From an uncultured bacterium (lineage in GTDB: Bacteria; Patescibacteriota; Minisyncoccia; SW-4-49-11), in assembly GCA_937864235.1 (NCBI GenBank), contig CALMJI010000018.1:8939-72938 (forward strand): a stretch of 64,000 nucleotides of DNA, in the 5' to 3' direction. Made by a program: the position numbers and the translations under genes. A model generated the notes under the pieces. That model was not told where the DNA came from, searched no databases, and saw only the letters and a program-made list of their open reading frames with translations. Numbering within the stretch: the stretch's first letter is position 1; each line of letters opens with the position of its first letter. Below are positions 52,042 through 61,949 of this stretch, piece by piece.

Positions 52042-53685
52042 ATGAAATCATTTTGGAAAAGAGCTAAACTACCCACTATAATCCTAGCTATATTGCTAGT
52101 GGTAGTTTCTATTACTGTTGGCGGAGTAGCCTATGCTTATCGTGATTCTGTATACCCTAAAGTATCTGTACAGGGTTTAGATATCGGGTCTAAAACTTTA
52201 AAAGAAGCCTTTAGTATACTAGATGAAAAGAATAAAAACCTCGGTACCAAAAATATTATTCTTACTTATGAAGAACAAGAATATAATACAACTTTAGAAG
52301 AGTTGGGTATAAAATTGAATACTGACGAGACTTTAATTCAAGCCTATCGAATCAAAAGGAAAAATAACATTCTATCTAGCTTGCCCCAAATATTTCAAAC
52401 AACTGATACTAATTGGATCTATACTAGTGATAATGAAGTGTTAGAATCTGTCCTTGGAGCTAAAATCAACCCAGCTCTTAAGACTATGGCCGATGCCAAA
52501 TTAGACTATAAAGATGGACAGATCATAATCATACCTGAACAAGATGGGGAGAGTTTAGATGTATCTAAAATAGCTTCTTCGATAATGCCCATAATTACCA
52601 AAGAAGAAGTTAAATTAGAAACTCCCCTAATCAAAGAAAGTCCTTCAATATCTACGAGTTCATGGGAAACTCAAAAATCTGATTTAGAATCATTAATAAG
52701 AGAACATAATATATTCTTTAATGATACCAATATCAAAATCACTCCGGAGGAAATAGTAACTTGGATTACAATTGATCAGACTACTAAAAAAATTGATATT
52801 TCCCAAGACACTATCAAAGAATACCTAGAATCAGTACAGAAAACTCTAACCAGCCAGCCAGTCAATGCTAAATTAAGATTTAACCCGGAAACTCAACAAA
52901 TTGAAATCTTAGAGCCCGGTAAAGAAGGAACTAAATTAATGATGGAAGAAAGTTCTAAGAGAATTAGAACTGATATTCTAGCAGGGGTAACAAAAACTGA
53001 ATTGTTTGTAGCGGTCACATCCCCACTAATTGATGAATCTCAATTTGACGCTCTAGGAGTGAGAACCCTTCTAGGTAAGGGTGAATCTAACTTTAGAGGA
53101 TCTAGTCGAAGTAGAGTTAAAAATATTAATGTAGCTGCTAATAAAATTTCAAGCACACTTTTGAAACCAGGAGAAGAGTTTTCTTTTGTCAACACTCTTG
53201 GAAAAGTAGATGCCCGTAATGGATATTTACCTGAATTAGTAATAAAAGGGAATAAAACAATACCAGAATATGGAGGAGGAATTTGCCAGGTATCCACTAC
53301 CCTATTCAGAGCTGCTCTCAATGCGGGACTGCCCATTACTGAAAGAAGAGCTCACTCCTATGTAGTTAATTATTATGGAAAACCAGGACTTGATGCTACC
53401 ATTTATCTACCAAAACCTGACTTTAGATTCCAAAATGATACAAATCATCATATTTTGATTCAACATTATATTGTAGGAACAGTTCTATACTATGAAATTT
53501 ATGGAACCTCCACTGGAAAAACAGCCAAAACCATCGAGCCAGTAATCTTAGAATCCAGCCCAGACGGATCAATGAAAACGGTAGCCTATAGAGAGATTTA
53601 TGAAGGAGATGTAATGATAAAAAGAGATGCCTTCTACTCTACTTATCGACCACCTAATAAAGTCACTTCCAACCCATTACAATAA
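52042..53685 (+). CDS. VanW-family protein with peptidoglycan-binding repeats
   Basis: TM anchor; PGEEFSF, GGGICQVSTT, ERRAHSY, GLDAT. Confidence 0.92.
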   Translation: MKSFWKRAKLPTIILAILLVVVSITVGGVAYAYRDSVYPKVSVQGLDIGSKTLKEAFSILDEKNKNLGTKNIILTYEEQEYNTTLEELGIKLNTDETLIQAYRIKRKNNILSSLPQIFQTTDTNWIYTSDNEVLESVLGAKINPALKTMADAKLDYKDGQIIIIPEQDGESLDVSKIASSIMPIITKEEVKLETPLIKESPSISTSSWETQKSDLESLIREHNIFFNDTNIKITPEEIVTWITIDQTTKKIDISQDTIKEYLESVQKTLTSQPVNAKLRFNPETQQIEILEPGKEGTKLMMEESSKRIRTDILAGVTKTELFVAVTSPLIDESQFDALGVRTLLGKGESNFRGSSRSRVKNINVAANKISSTLLKPGEEFSFVNTLGKVDARNGYLPELVIKGNKTIPEYGGGICQVSTTLFRAALNAGLPITERRAHSYVVNYYGKPGLDATIYLPKPDFRFQNDTNHHILIQHYIVGTVLYYEIYGTSTGKTAKTIEPVILESSPDGSMKTVAYREIYEGDVMIKRDAFYSTYRPPNKVTSNPLQ

Positions 53686-53692
53686 TTGTATT

Positions 53693-55108
53693 ATGATTAG
53701 ACTTTATAATACACCAACTAGAGGTATAGTGCCATTCAAGCCAATACATCCAAAGAGAGTGTCAATTTATAGTTGTGGCCCCACAGTATATGATAGACAA
53801 CATATTGGAAATTTGAGAAAGGCTTTATTTGATGATTTACTAAAAAGAACCCTGCAATTACATAATTACAATGTTTACTCGGTTACTAATATTACTGATG
53901 TAGGACATTTAGTTAGCGATGAGGATGCTGGGGAGGATAAATTAGAAAAAGGAGCTAAAAGAGAGAAAATAACCGCCCAAGAAGTCGCTCTCAAATATAC
54001 CAAACTCTGGCAAGAGGATTTAGCTAAACTCAATATAATCCCCTCCGACCATTACCCTAAAGCCACAGAATATATAAGAGAGCAAATTAACCTCATCAAA
54101 AGATTAGAACATAAAGGCTATACCTATATTACCAGTGACGGAGTATACTTTGATACTACTAAATTCCCAGAATATGCTAATTTTGCCCATCTCAAGCTTA
54201 ATGCTCAGGAAGCAGGAGCTCGAGTAGAGATGGGAGAGAAGAAGTCTAACTCAGATTTTGCACTCTGGAAATTCTCACCCAAAGGAGAGACAAGACAAAT
54301 GGAATGGGATAGCCCTTGGGGAATTGGTTTCCCAGGATGGCATTCGGAATGTGTAGTGATGGCTGATTCTCTACTCCACGCGCCTTTTGATATACATACC
54401 GGAGGCAAGGATCATATCCCAATTCATCACACCAATGAAATAGCTCAGTTCAAAGCAGATACTGGCAAATCAATGGCAAATTATTGGCTACATAGCTATT
54501 TTCTGACCGTCAACACAGCCAAGATGTCCAAGTCTGCTGGGACTTTTATCACGCTTGATGAGATTATTGGAGAGGGTTATTCCCCACTAGATTTAAGATT
54601 ATTAGTATTGATGGCACATTATCGCTCTGATATAGACTTCTCTTGGGAAGCTTTGACTCAAGCCAAACAAACCCGCCAGCGAATTATAGACTTTATCAAT
54701 AGAGTGAATGCTATCAAGCCACATCGCAAAAACCCAAAACTCCAAAAGTTAATCCGAGATACTTATAATAATTTCAAAAAATCCCTATTCTCCGACCTAG
54801 ACTCACCCAAAGCTATTGCCCTTATGTTTGAGTTTATCAAAGAAGTAAATAGCTCAATAGATGCTGGAGACCCCATCCCAAGAAGGCATATAATCAAATT
54901 ATTCCAGAGACTAGAGCGAGTCTTGGCACTAGATTTACCACTTACCAAAACCTCAATCCCCACTGAGATAATAGAGATTTTCAATCAACGCAATCAAGCC
55001 CGAGCTAATAAAGACTTCGCACAAGCTGACAAATTAAGACAGGAATTGCTCAATTTAGGCTACACAATCCAAGATAAAGACGGGCAAAGTGTGATTATCA
55101 AGACATAG
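53693..55108 (+). CDS. cysS: Cys-tRNA ligase (start revised to MIRLYNT)
   Basis: CGPTVY, HIGN, DFALWK, PGWH.EC, KMSKS. Confidence 0.98.
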   Translation: MIRLYNTPTRGIVPFKPIHPKRVSIYSCGPTVYDRQHIGNLRKALFDDLLKRTLQLHNYNVYSVTNITDVGHLVSDEDAGEDKLEKGAKREKITAQEVALKYTKLWQEDLAKLNIIPSDHYPKATEYIREQINLIKRLEHKGYTYITSDGVYFDTTKFPEYANFAHLKLNAQEAGARVEMGEKKSNSDFALWKFSPKGETRQMEWDSPWGIGFPGWHSECVVMADSLLHAPFDIHTGGKDHIPIHHTNEIAQFKADTGKSMANYWLHSYFLTVNTAKMSKSAGTFITLDEIIGEGYSPLDLRLLVLMAHYRSDIDFSWEALTQAKQTRQRIIDFINRVNAIKPHRKNPKLQKLIRDTYNNFKKSLFSDLDSPKAIALMFEFIKEVNSSIDAGDPIPRRHIIKLFQRLERVLALDLPLTKTSIPTEIIEIFNQRNQARANKDFAQADKLRQELLNLGYTIQDKDGQSVIIKT

Positions 55109-55184
55109 CAAGCTTATATGAACCTATTGATAATTTAATTATTTTATAGTATACTCTCACTTGCAAACTCAACCAGAGAGACTT

Positions 55185-55700
55185 ATGGATCCTCTATCTA
55201 AAATTAATGGTTTAATTTTTGGTCATACAGGAGAGTTTCGGTTAGAAACAGAAATTAGAGAAAAAATTAGAGAAAAAATAAATATGGCTAGAAAAAGCCA
55301 GGTGTCACTATGGACACTAAAACACAATACGCACATAGTAGATACTTTAATAATACTTTATAAAATAGTGTCTCCTTGGTCCGACATGAGTAATGAGATT
55401 GCAGAACTAATGTCTGACATACAAAAGATAAATAACTTGGGTAGATACAATGATATTTATACAGCATTAGAAAATATGGTTAAAACTAAACCTATGAGAG
55501 AAGCATTTGGTATAAACAGAACAATACCTGGAGAAACCCCAGATATTTATACAATATTTATTAATGATAAGCCCTTGGTAGAATATAATAATAATATCGA
55601 CTCAAAAACGCAGGAAGAAATATCAAAGGTTATCAATAAAATCCATGGGGAATTTCTACCCCCTCTTAATGGTTTAGTAAATTGTAGAAAATATTACTGA
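55185..55700 (+). CDS. Orphan hypothetical protein
   Basis: Open frame with TTGATA-17bp-TATACT (55127-55155) upstream and a terminator downstream. Confidence 0.65.
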   Translation: MDPLSKINGLIFGHTGEFRLETEIREKIREKINMARKSQVSLWTLKHNTHIVDTLIILYKIVSPWSDMSNEIAELMSDIQKINNLGRYNDIYTALENMVKTKPMREAFGINRTIPGETPDIYTIFINDKPLVEYNNNIDSKTQEEISKVINKIHGEFLPPLNGLVNCRKYY

Positions 55701-55707
55701 CCCAATC

Positions 55708-55745
55708 AAAGCCCCACAAGTAACTAGCGGGGCTTTTTTCTTTTT
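55708..55745 (+). terminator. Intrinsic terminator
   Basis: AAAGCCCC...GGGGCTTT followed by T runs. Confidence 0.7.
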
Positions 55746-55750
55746 CCTTC

Positions 55751-55862
55751 GTAGGGGCGACCTTGCAGTCGCCTGTATTTGATATTTTGTCTCCCTTTGG
55801 AGGGAGTCCCCGTAGGGGGAGGTGGTCCCTCCAATACTTTGTTTGGGAGGGGACGGAGGAGG
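55751..55862. repeat. GTAG REP plus a double-hairpin element
   Basis: GTAGGGGCGACCTTGCAGTCGCC at 55751; TGTCTCCCTTTGGAGGGAGTCCCCGTAGGGGGAGGTGG at 55788. Confidence 0.8.
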
Positions 55863-55931
55863 ACTATACCCCATTTGACAAAAATAGAAAATTTTAATAC
55901 TATAAATAACACTCTCAATGAGGAAAAACTA

Positions 55932-56282
55932 ATGTCAATTCCCTGCAAATACTCTAAAAAGAATTGGGAGAATATTTTAACCCTACTACAAAGGGCAAGA
56001 GGTTCAAAAAGTCAATCTGTAGAGAGGTACTATGGTTTTAGAAAGAGAGAAGCCCAAAAAGACACGAATGATATAGGGCAAACTGGGAATTCTATCAGAA
56101 CAATCGATTTAGCAATCAGTCAAATACGTCATAGCATTGAACAAGAAAATGAATCTGATCATATAATGATATTATTAGACATCAACATGTATCACTTAAT
56201 CGAAAGGTTAAGACGCAGAAAATTAAAGCTCAAAAAAATAAGAAGACAATACAATAATTCAATCACCACCCCGCTAAATTAG
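55932..56282 (+). CDS. Orphan basic hypothetical protein (start revised to MSIPCK)
   Basis: TTGACA-17bp-TACTAT (55875-55903), GAGGA before the ATG, terminator at the 3' end. Confidence 0.6.
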   Translation: MSIPCKYSKKNWENILTLLQRARGSKSQSVERYYGFRKREAQKDTNDIGQTGNSIRTIDLAISQIRHSIEQENESDHIMILLDINMYHLIERLRRRKLKLKKIRRQYNNSITTPLN

Positions 56283-56293
56283 CGGGATTTTTT
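56270..56293 (+). terminator. Intrinsic terminator
   Basis: CCCGCTA-AAT-TAGCGGG-ATTTTTT. Confidence 0.75.
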
Positions 56294-56340
56294 CTTACTA
56301 GTATTGCTCTAGTTGCTATTTTAGACTATACTGAAGATGT

Positions 56341-56417
56341 GCCAATGTAGCTTAGTCTGGCAGAGCAATGCATTCGTAACGCATAGGTCGTGGGTTCGAT
56401 CCCCACCATTGGCTCCA
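56341..56417 (+). tRNA. tRNA-Thr(CGT) with encoded CCA
   Basis: Acceptor GCCAATG/CATTGGC, T-arm GTGGG-TTCGATC-CCCAC, anticodon loop TTCGTAA; one A-C mismatch in the anticodon stem. Confidence 0.93.
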
Positions 56418-56437
56418 CAATTTATTACAAAAAATTT

Positions 56438-57883
56438 ATGAATTACAATATCCCGGCTCATATCATATTCATCCTACATACCTTAGAAGAGGCTGGATTT
56501 GAGGCTTTTATCGTGGGTGGTAGTGTGCGAGATTTAGTACTAGGAAACAAACAACCTGTAGATTGGGATATTACTACCAATGCCCTACCTGATCAAATTC
56601 AGGAGCTATTCCCGGATTCAGTGTATGAGAATACTTTTGGTACGGTGGGGGTTAAATATCGCCGTCCTGATGATACTACAGAGATTATTGAAGTGACTAC
56701 TTATCGCAAAGAAGCTCAATACACAGATAACAGACATCCTGAGCAAGTTGAATTCGTCTCCGAACTTTCCCAAGATTTAGCTCGAAGAGACTTTACGGTG
56801 AATGCTCTAGCTATGGACAAACAAGGTCAAATTAAAGATTACTTTGGTGGACTAGATGACTTACAGTCTAGAATTATCCGTACTGTGGGTGAGCCTAAAG
56901 ACAGATTCAGTGAAGATGCCTTGAGATTAATGCGAGCGGTGAGATTTGCTATACAATTAGATTTCACTATTGAGCCACAGACTTTAGAGGCTATCCAAAA
57001 TCTTGCTCCCAATCTCGAGCATATTGCCAAGGAGAGAATTAGAGATGAGCTCACCAAGATGATGCAAACTCCAAGAGCAATGAATGGATATATTCTACTG
57101 CGAGATACCAATTTATTGCAGTTTATAATGCCAGAATTATTGGAAGGAATTGGGGTTGAGCAAAATGGGCATCATATTTATGATGTCTGGGAGCATCTTT
57201 TACGGACTATGCAACATGCTTGTGATATGGACTGGAGTTTTGACCTGAGAATGGCGGGACTGCTCCATGATATTGCCAAACCGAGAACTAAAGAAGGTAC
57301 GGGCAAAACTTGTACTTTTCATAATCATGAAATAGTGGGAGCCAGCATGGCTTATGAGATTTTGGGTCGCCTACATTATCCTAAGAAATTTGCAGCTAGA
57401 ATTTCAAAATTAGTGCGTTATCATATGTTTTATTATGATACCAATGAAGTGACTGAAGCTTCTATTCGTAAGCTTATTCGTAATGTAGGGTCAGATAATA
57501 TAAAGGACCTGATTAAACTCAGAGAATGTGACCGCATAGGTTCAGGAACTCCGAAGGCAAGACCCTATCGCTTGAGACATTTTGAATATATGACTGAGAA
57601 GGTTTTATTAGACCCAATTGATTTATCTATGCTCAAAATAGATGGGAATGTCCTGATTAAAGAGTTAAACATTCCAGCAGGACCTATGATAGGTATGATT
57701 CTCAATGTATTATTAGCTGAAATTCTTGAAGACCCAAGTAAGAATAATGTTGATTATCTCAAGTCACAAGCTCAGATTCTAGCTGCCAAAGACCTAAAAG
57801 ATTTAAAAATCAAAGCTATCAATTTAATTGAAGAGAAGCAAAGAGAACAAGACGAAAACATCCGCAAAAAGTTTTTTGTGTAG
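56438..57883 (+). CDS. cca: tRNA nucleotidyltransferase (CCA-adding) with HD domain (start revised to MNYNIP)
   Basis: VGGSVRD, DWD, RRDFTVNA, EDALR, LLHDIAK. Confidence 0.92.
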   Translation: MNYNIPAHIIFILHTLEEAGFEAFIVGGSVRDLVLGNKQPVDWDITTNALPDQIQELFPDSVYENTFGTVGVKYRRPDDTTEIIEVTTYRKEAQYTDNRHPEQVEFVSELSQDLARRDFTVNALAMDKQGQIKDYFGGLDDLQSRIIRTVGEPKDRFSEDALRLMRAVRFAIQLDFTIEPQTLEAIQNLAPNLEHIAKERIRDELTKMMQTPRAMNGYILLRDTNLLQFIMPELLEGIGVEQNGHHIYDVWEHLLRTMQHACDMDWSFDLRMAGLLHDIAKPRTKEGTGKTCTFHNHEIVGASMAYEILGRLHYPKKFAARISKLVRYHMFYYDTNEVTEASIRKLIRNVGSDNIKDLIKLRECDRIGSGTPKARPYRLRHFEYMTEKVLLDPIDLSMLKIDGNVLIKELNIPAGPMIGMILNVLLAEILEDPSKNNVDYLKSQAQILAAKDLKDLKIKAINLIEEKQREQDENIRKKFFV

Positions 57884-57894
57884 GGATATTTTGT

Positions 57895-58443
57895 ATGAAA
57901 AGGCAGTATAATAGATTATCTAAAGAGCTTTATACTGGTGGTTTTTGGTATTTTGTGACTATATGTACAGATGATATGAAATGTATATTTGTAGCGGAGG
58001 GTTTATCCCTCCAAGACAACAAATTTATACTCAATTCTTTGGGTAAAATAGTGGAACAAGAAATTTTGAATTTGGAAAATAACTTTCGTAAAACAAAAGT
58101 TGAAAATTATATTATTATGCCCAATCATACTCATTTGATTATTTCTATTGATGAAGGTGCTACTAGAGTTAATTTTCAAAAAATGATTTCCTTAGGGGAT
58201 GTTGTTGGTTTATTAAAAGCATATACTCAAAAAAGGGTCAGAGATGAGTTAAATAAAAATGGAGGGATAAACCCTCCGCTACGAAATATTAAAGGAGTTA
58301 ACTTTAATAAAATTTGGCAAAAATCTTTTTATGATCATATCATTCGTAATGATAATGATTTACTAAGAATCCAAGAATATATTATAAATAATCCTATAAA
58401 CTGGGAGTTAGACTCTCTCAACCCCACCAATCTCAAAAAATAA
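57895..58443 (+). mobile_element. REP-associated tyrosine transposase (Y1 HUH, IS200-like)
   Basis: YFVTICT, HUH motif MPNHTH, WQKSFYDHIIR, catalytic Tyr in YIINNP. Confidence 0.92.
57991..58282. repeat. Perfect 22-bp inverted REP pair inside the RAYT ORF
   Basis: GTAGCGGAGGGTTTATCCCTCC (57991-58012) and GGAGGGATAAACCCTCCGCTAC (58261-58282). Confidence 0.95.
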
Positions 58444-58472
58444 TTGACAAATTTCAATCTCTAGACTATAAT
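58444..58472 (+). promoter_or_regulatory. Consensus promoter of the V-ATPase operon
   Basis: TTGACA-17bp-TATAAT. Confidence 0.8.
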
Positions 58473-58493
58473 GAGTTGTATTTATAAACACCT

Positions 58494-58760
58494 ATGAAAC
58501 AACTTGTTGAATTGATTGAAATTGAAAAGTCTTTTAATCGTAAGAAAAAATCTTTACAAAAAGACTATACTTCCCAATCTCAGGACTATATTGCTCAGAC
58601 TAAAGAGAATATTGCAGTCCTTAAAAAAGAGATTTTGAACAAGAATCAAATTGTAAATGAAAGATTAGCTTCTTTTGAAAAACAATCTAATGATTCTACC
58701 CCTACTGAAATCAAATTAGACACTCAAAAAATCAAAAAACTTATTTTAAGTCAGTTATAA
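58494..58760 (+). CDS. Probable V/A-ATPase peripheral stalk subunit G/H
   Basis: Short charged coiled-coil protein at the head of the operon; positional inference. Confidence 0.55.
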   Translation: MKQLVELIEIEKSFNRKKKSLQKDYTSQSQDYIAQTKENIAVLKKEILNKNQIVNERLASFEKQSNDSTPTEIKLDTQKIKKLILSQL

Positions 58761-58795
58761 AGTTAATAATATTACTTGTAAATAGATAAATTTAT

Positions 58796-60838
58796 ATGGG
58801 AGTTAAAGCATCTAAACTAATTCAAATCACTGTCAACAATAATGATAGGTTAACTTTATTATCCTATCTTCAGAAAAATGCCATAGGTCAAATTATAGAA
58901 AAAATAGAAACTACTCCTCTTGATAAAGATTCAATTGAATTACAGCAAGATTTATTAGAAAAACTTGATATTATTAATAAAACAATTGATATATATAAAA
59001 TTTATCAACCTACTAAAAAATCGATTTGGGATAACTTTATTGACAATAAAATCCCCATAACAGAAAATATTCTTCATCATTATGAAGACAATATGATCGA
59101 TATTATAGCAAAAGCAGTCATAATAAATGATATTGCTGAAAGAAAAGATGATTTAATAGATAGACAAGATGTATTGAAAGACATTATTTCCCGAGTAGAA
59201 CCTATTAAAGATATTGAGATAGACATATTTGGATCATACAAATTTTTATCTTTTTTACCATTTTTGGTTGATGAATCTCGTGCTCATATTGTTACAAAGC
59301 AATTAAAAGAAAGTATATCATCAATTGTACTAGAGTCTGTTAAAAAAATTGGGACTGATTATCTTTATGTATTAGCAGTACCAAATTCTGAAACAAAAAT
59401 AGCTCACGATATACTTGAGAGTAAAACTACTCTCATAAATTTCCCATCTCAAGTTTCTGGCTCTTTTTATGATATTTATCATAAAAGCTTAAAGGAATTG
59501 CAAGATAATAAAAAAACTCTAAACTCTTTAAATAAGAATCTTAAATCAGCTAATGTGAATTTAAAAGATTTATATATAGTTAGTGATATAATAACCTCTA
59601 ATCTGAATCTGATTTCCTATCTTCACATGTTTACTAACAAAATAGAGGGTAAAGCTACTTTAGACCTATGGGTTGATGGTGATAAGCTAGACCAGATACA
59701 GAAGGAGCTGACATCCGTTATAAAAGACTGTGGATTGAACACAGCTCATCAATCTAAAAAAGTTGCCCCTGTGATAGTAAAAAACTCAGTAATTATTAAA
59801 AACTTTGAAACTATTACAAAAACAATGGGATTACCCAAAGGGAATGCTATTGATCCTACCTCATACCTGCTTCTATCCTTCCCTATTATGTTTGGGATTG
59901 CACTATCTGACGCAGGATATGCTCTTCTTTTTCTAGCTGTTACTGGAGTTGCATTACTACATCCTAGATTGAAATCAAATATTAGGAATATGTTTGTAAT
60001 AATTTTTGTTTCATCAATATTTAGCTTTATTATTGGAGCTATTACAGGTAATTGGTTTGGTTTAGTTCCTGATAAAGTAGATATGGCGACGGCATTACCA
60101 CATGTATTGTGGTTGGAATCAATCGGTTTACTAGGTTTTTTACAAGCCATTCATATTGTTGATCCTCTAGAGCATGTTGTAGGATTTATGATATTAACCG
60201 CCTCAATTGGAGTTATTCATATATCATTTGGGCTTGTATTAGGATTTGTTCAATCACTAAAAAAACAAGATTTTTGGGAAGAAGGCATAGAGTCAGTAGC
60301 ATGGTTTTGTGTTCTTGTGTTTGGAATATTGCTTTTATTGGCAAATCAAGGAATTCTTGGTAAAGATTTAAATAACCTTACTCAAATTCTGAAAATAGTA
60401 TATGGAATTATAGTTTTAGCAAGTGTTTATATATTGGGTCGTAATATGAAATCATTCCCTGCTAAAATTGGAAAGGGTCTATATGAATTATTTTTTGGAG
60501 TTATAGCCTATGTGTCTGAAATTTTATCCTATACTCGTCTTGTGGCTTTGGGTCTTGCTGGAAGTATTATTGCAGAAGTTGTAGGAACATTAGCTGGTCT
60601 TGCTGGTGGAGGTTTGGCGGAAAAAGGTGGAGTTTATTTTATACTAGGATATATAATTATAGTTATAATATTCTTAATAGGAAATATATTTAATATAGTC
60701 CTCTCTCTCTTAGCTACATATATCAATGTTGGTAGACTTCATTTTGTAGAATTCTTCAGTAAGTTTTTTAAAACTGGAGGAGAGCCCTGGACTCCAGTTT
60801 CAAGAAGTCATCAATATAGTATAATAGAGAAATCTTGA
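58796..60838 (+). CDS. V/A-type ATPase subunit I (a)
   Basis: DPT, FG..LSDAGY, SYTRLVAL, RLHFVEFFSKF. Confidence 0.95.
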   Translation: MGVKASKLIQITVNNNDRLTLLSYLQKNAIGQIIEKIETTPLDKDSIELQQDLLEKLDIINKTIDIYKIYQPTKKSIWDNFIDNKIPITENILHHYEDNMIDIIAKAVIINDIAERKDDLIDRQDVLKDIISRVEPIKDIEIDIFGSYKFLSFLPFLVDESRAHIVTKQLKESISSIVLESVKKIGTDYLYVLAVPNSETKIAHDILESKTTLINFPSQVSGSFYDIYHKSLKELQDNKKTLNSLNKNLKSANVNLKDLYIVSDIITSNLNLISYLHMFTNKIEGKATLDLWVDGDKLDQIQKELTSVIKDCGLNTAHQSKKVAPVIVKNSVIIKNFETITKTMGLPKGNAIDPTSYLLLSFPIMFGIALSDAGYALLFLAVTGVALLHPRLKSNIRNMFVIIFVSSIFSFIIGAITGNWFGLVPDKVDMATALPHVLWLESIGLLGFLQAIHIVDPLEHVVGFMILTASIGVIHISFGLVLGFVQSLKKQDFWEEGIESVAWFCVLVFGILLLLANQGILGKDLNNLTQILKIVYGIIVLASVYILGRNMKSFPAKIGKGLYELFFGVIAYVSEILSYTRLVALGLAGSIIAEVVGTLAGLAGGGLAEKGGVYFILGYIIIVIIFLIGNIFNIVLSLLATYINVGRLHFVEFFSKFFKTGGEPWTPVSRSHQYSIIEKS

Positions 60839-60906
60839 TATCCTTTCTTCTATATGGCTAGTTATTAACTAGAAATATAGTGGAAAGGATACCAAAAGAG
60901 TATCCT
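60839..60906 (+). promoter_or_regulatory. Long intergenic hairpin between subunits I and K
   Basis: TATCCTTTC/GAAAGGATA, CTATAT/ATATAG, CTAGTTA/TAACTAG; alternative stem AGGATAC/GTATCCT. Confidence 0.7.
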
Positions 60907-60930
60907 CAATTATGAATTTAAGATAAATTT

Positions 60931-61410
60931 ATGGAAGTATTAGGAATTAGTCTAGCAGTATTAGGGGCATCTGTTGCAGCTGGTCTTGCTGGCGTTGGAT
61001 CAGCGATTGGAGTTTCAAAAGCTGGGCAATCTGGTTCAGGACTCATTGTAGAAGATGCGACACAATTTGGTAATGTATTGTTATTACTTGCTCTACCTGG
61101 ATCTCAAGCTATATATGGTTTGTTAGCTGCTCTACTCATTCTACAAAATATTGGGATTTTGTCAGGAGAGTTTTCTGAGATTAGCTGGCAAAAGGGACTT
61201 ATATTAGCTTTCTCATCTATCCCTGTAGGTTTAACTGCTTTAGCCTCTGGTAAGTATCAAGGGGATCTAATTGCTAGTGGAATACAAATTATATCAAAAG
61301 ATAAAAGTAGATTGGGTCAAGTAATTATTCTGGCTGCTTTAGTTGAAACATTTTCTGTATTCGGACTTTTGATATCTATTCTTATTATTAATGGAGTTCC
61401 TCTTACATAA
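60931..61410 (+). CDS. V/A-type ATPase subunit K (4-TM proteolipid)
   Basis: GSAIGV, LPGSQAIYG, QG, VET. Confidence 0.95.
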   Translation: MEVLGISLAVLGASVAAGLAGVGSAIGVSKAGQSGSGLIVEDATQFGNVLLLLALPGSQAIYGLLAALLILQNIGILSGEFSEISWQKGLILAFSSIPVGLTALASGKYQGDLIASGIQIISKDKSRLGQVIILAALVETFSVFGLLISILIINGVPLT

Positions 61411-61412
61411 CT

Positions 61413-61949
61413 ATGGATTTAAGTAAATATATTCAAGATAAAGTAGATATTGAGTTAAATAAGCTCAGAGAAAGTTTAGAGCTTGAATTTAATGATACTA
61501 AACAATATTGGGATAGAGAGTTAGCATCTGTTAAAAAAACACATAATGATGAGATTGATCAAGAAGTTAATATTAATATTAACTTCAAAAAATTCCAAAA
61601 TAGCAAAACTAGTAAATTCAATTCTGGCTATGCTATACAATCCCAATTAGAGCAAATTTATACTGAATCTTTACCAGAAATTCTAGCTTCTAACTTTGTA
61701 AAAACTTTAATTCAAGACACTCTTCAGGATATTCCACAGAACACAACTTTAAACATAACTGGACAATATAGCAAAAATTTAGAAACTATTATCAGTAGCT
61801 TTGGGTATAAATCTAATTTAGTTGAAAATAATGCTAGTTTAGGTAAAATCACTGCCTCATTAAATCATATTAGTCTAGAAATTACTGTTGAGGACATTTT
61901 AGATGCTGTAAAGAAAAAAACATTAGCTTACATAATCAAGGAAATATGA
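61413..61949 (+). CDS. Probable V/A-ATPase subunit E (divergent)
   Basis: Coiled-coil N-half; size and position after K. Confidence 0.65.
   Translation: MDLSKYIQDKVDIELNKLRESLELEFNDTKQYWDRELASVKKTHNDEIDQEVNININFKKFQNSKTSKFNSGYAIQSQLEQIYTESLPEILASNFVKTLIQDTLQDIPQNTTLNITGQYSKNLETIISSFGYKSNLVENNASLGKITASLNHISLEITVEDILDAVKKKTLAYIIKEI

Noticed and set aside
55109-56417. Prophage or integrative element at tRNA-Thr
   Set aside because: No integrase and no duplicated tRNA end seen
56390-56437. N-terminal extension of Cca in the ORF track
   Set aside because: Overlaps the tRNA; the ATG at 56438 is more plausible
57895-58443. IS200/IS605 element with tnpB
   Set aside because: No tnpB and no subterminal hairpins in the flanks; motifs fit RAYT
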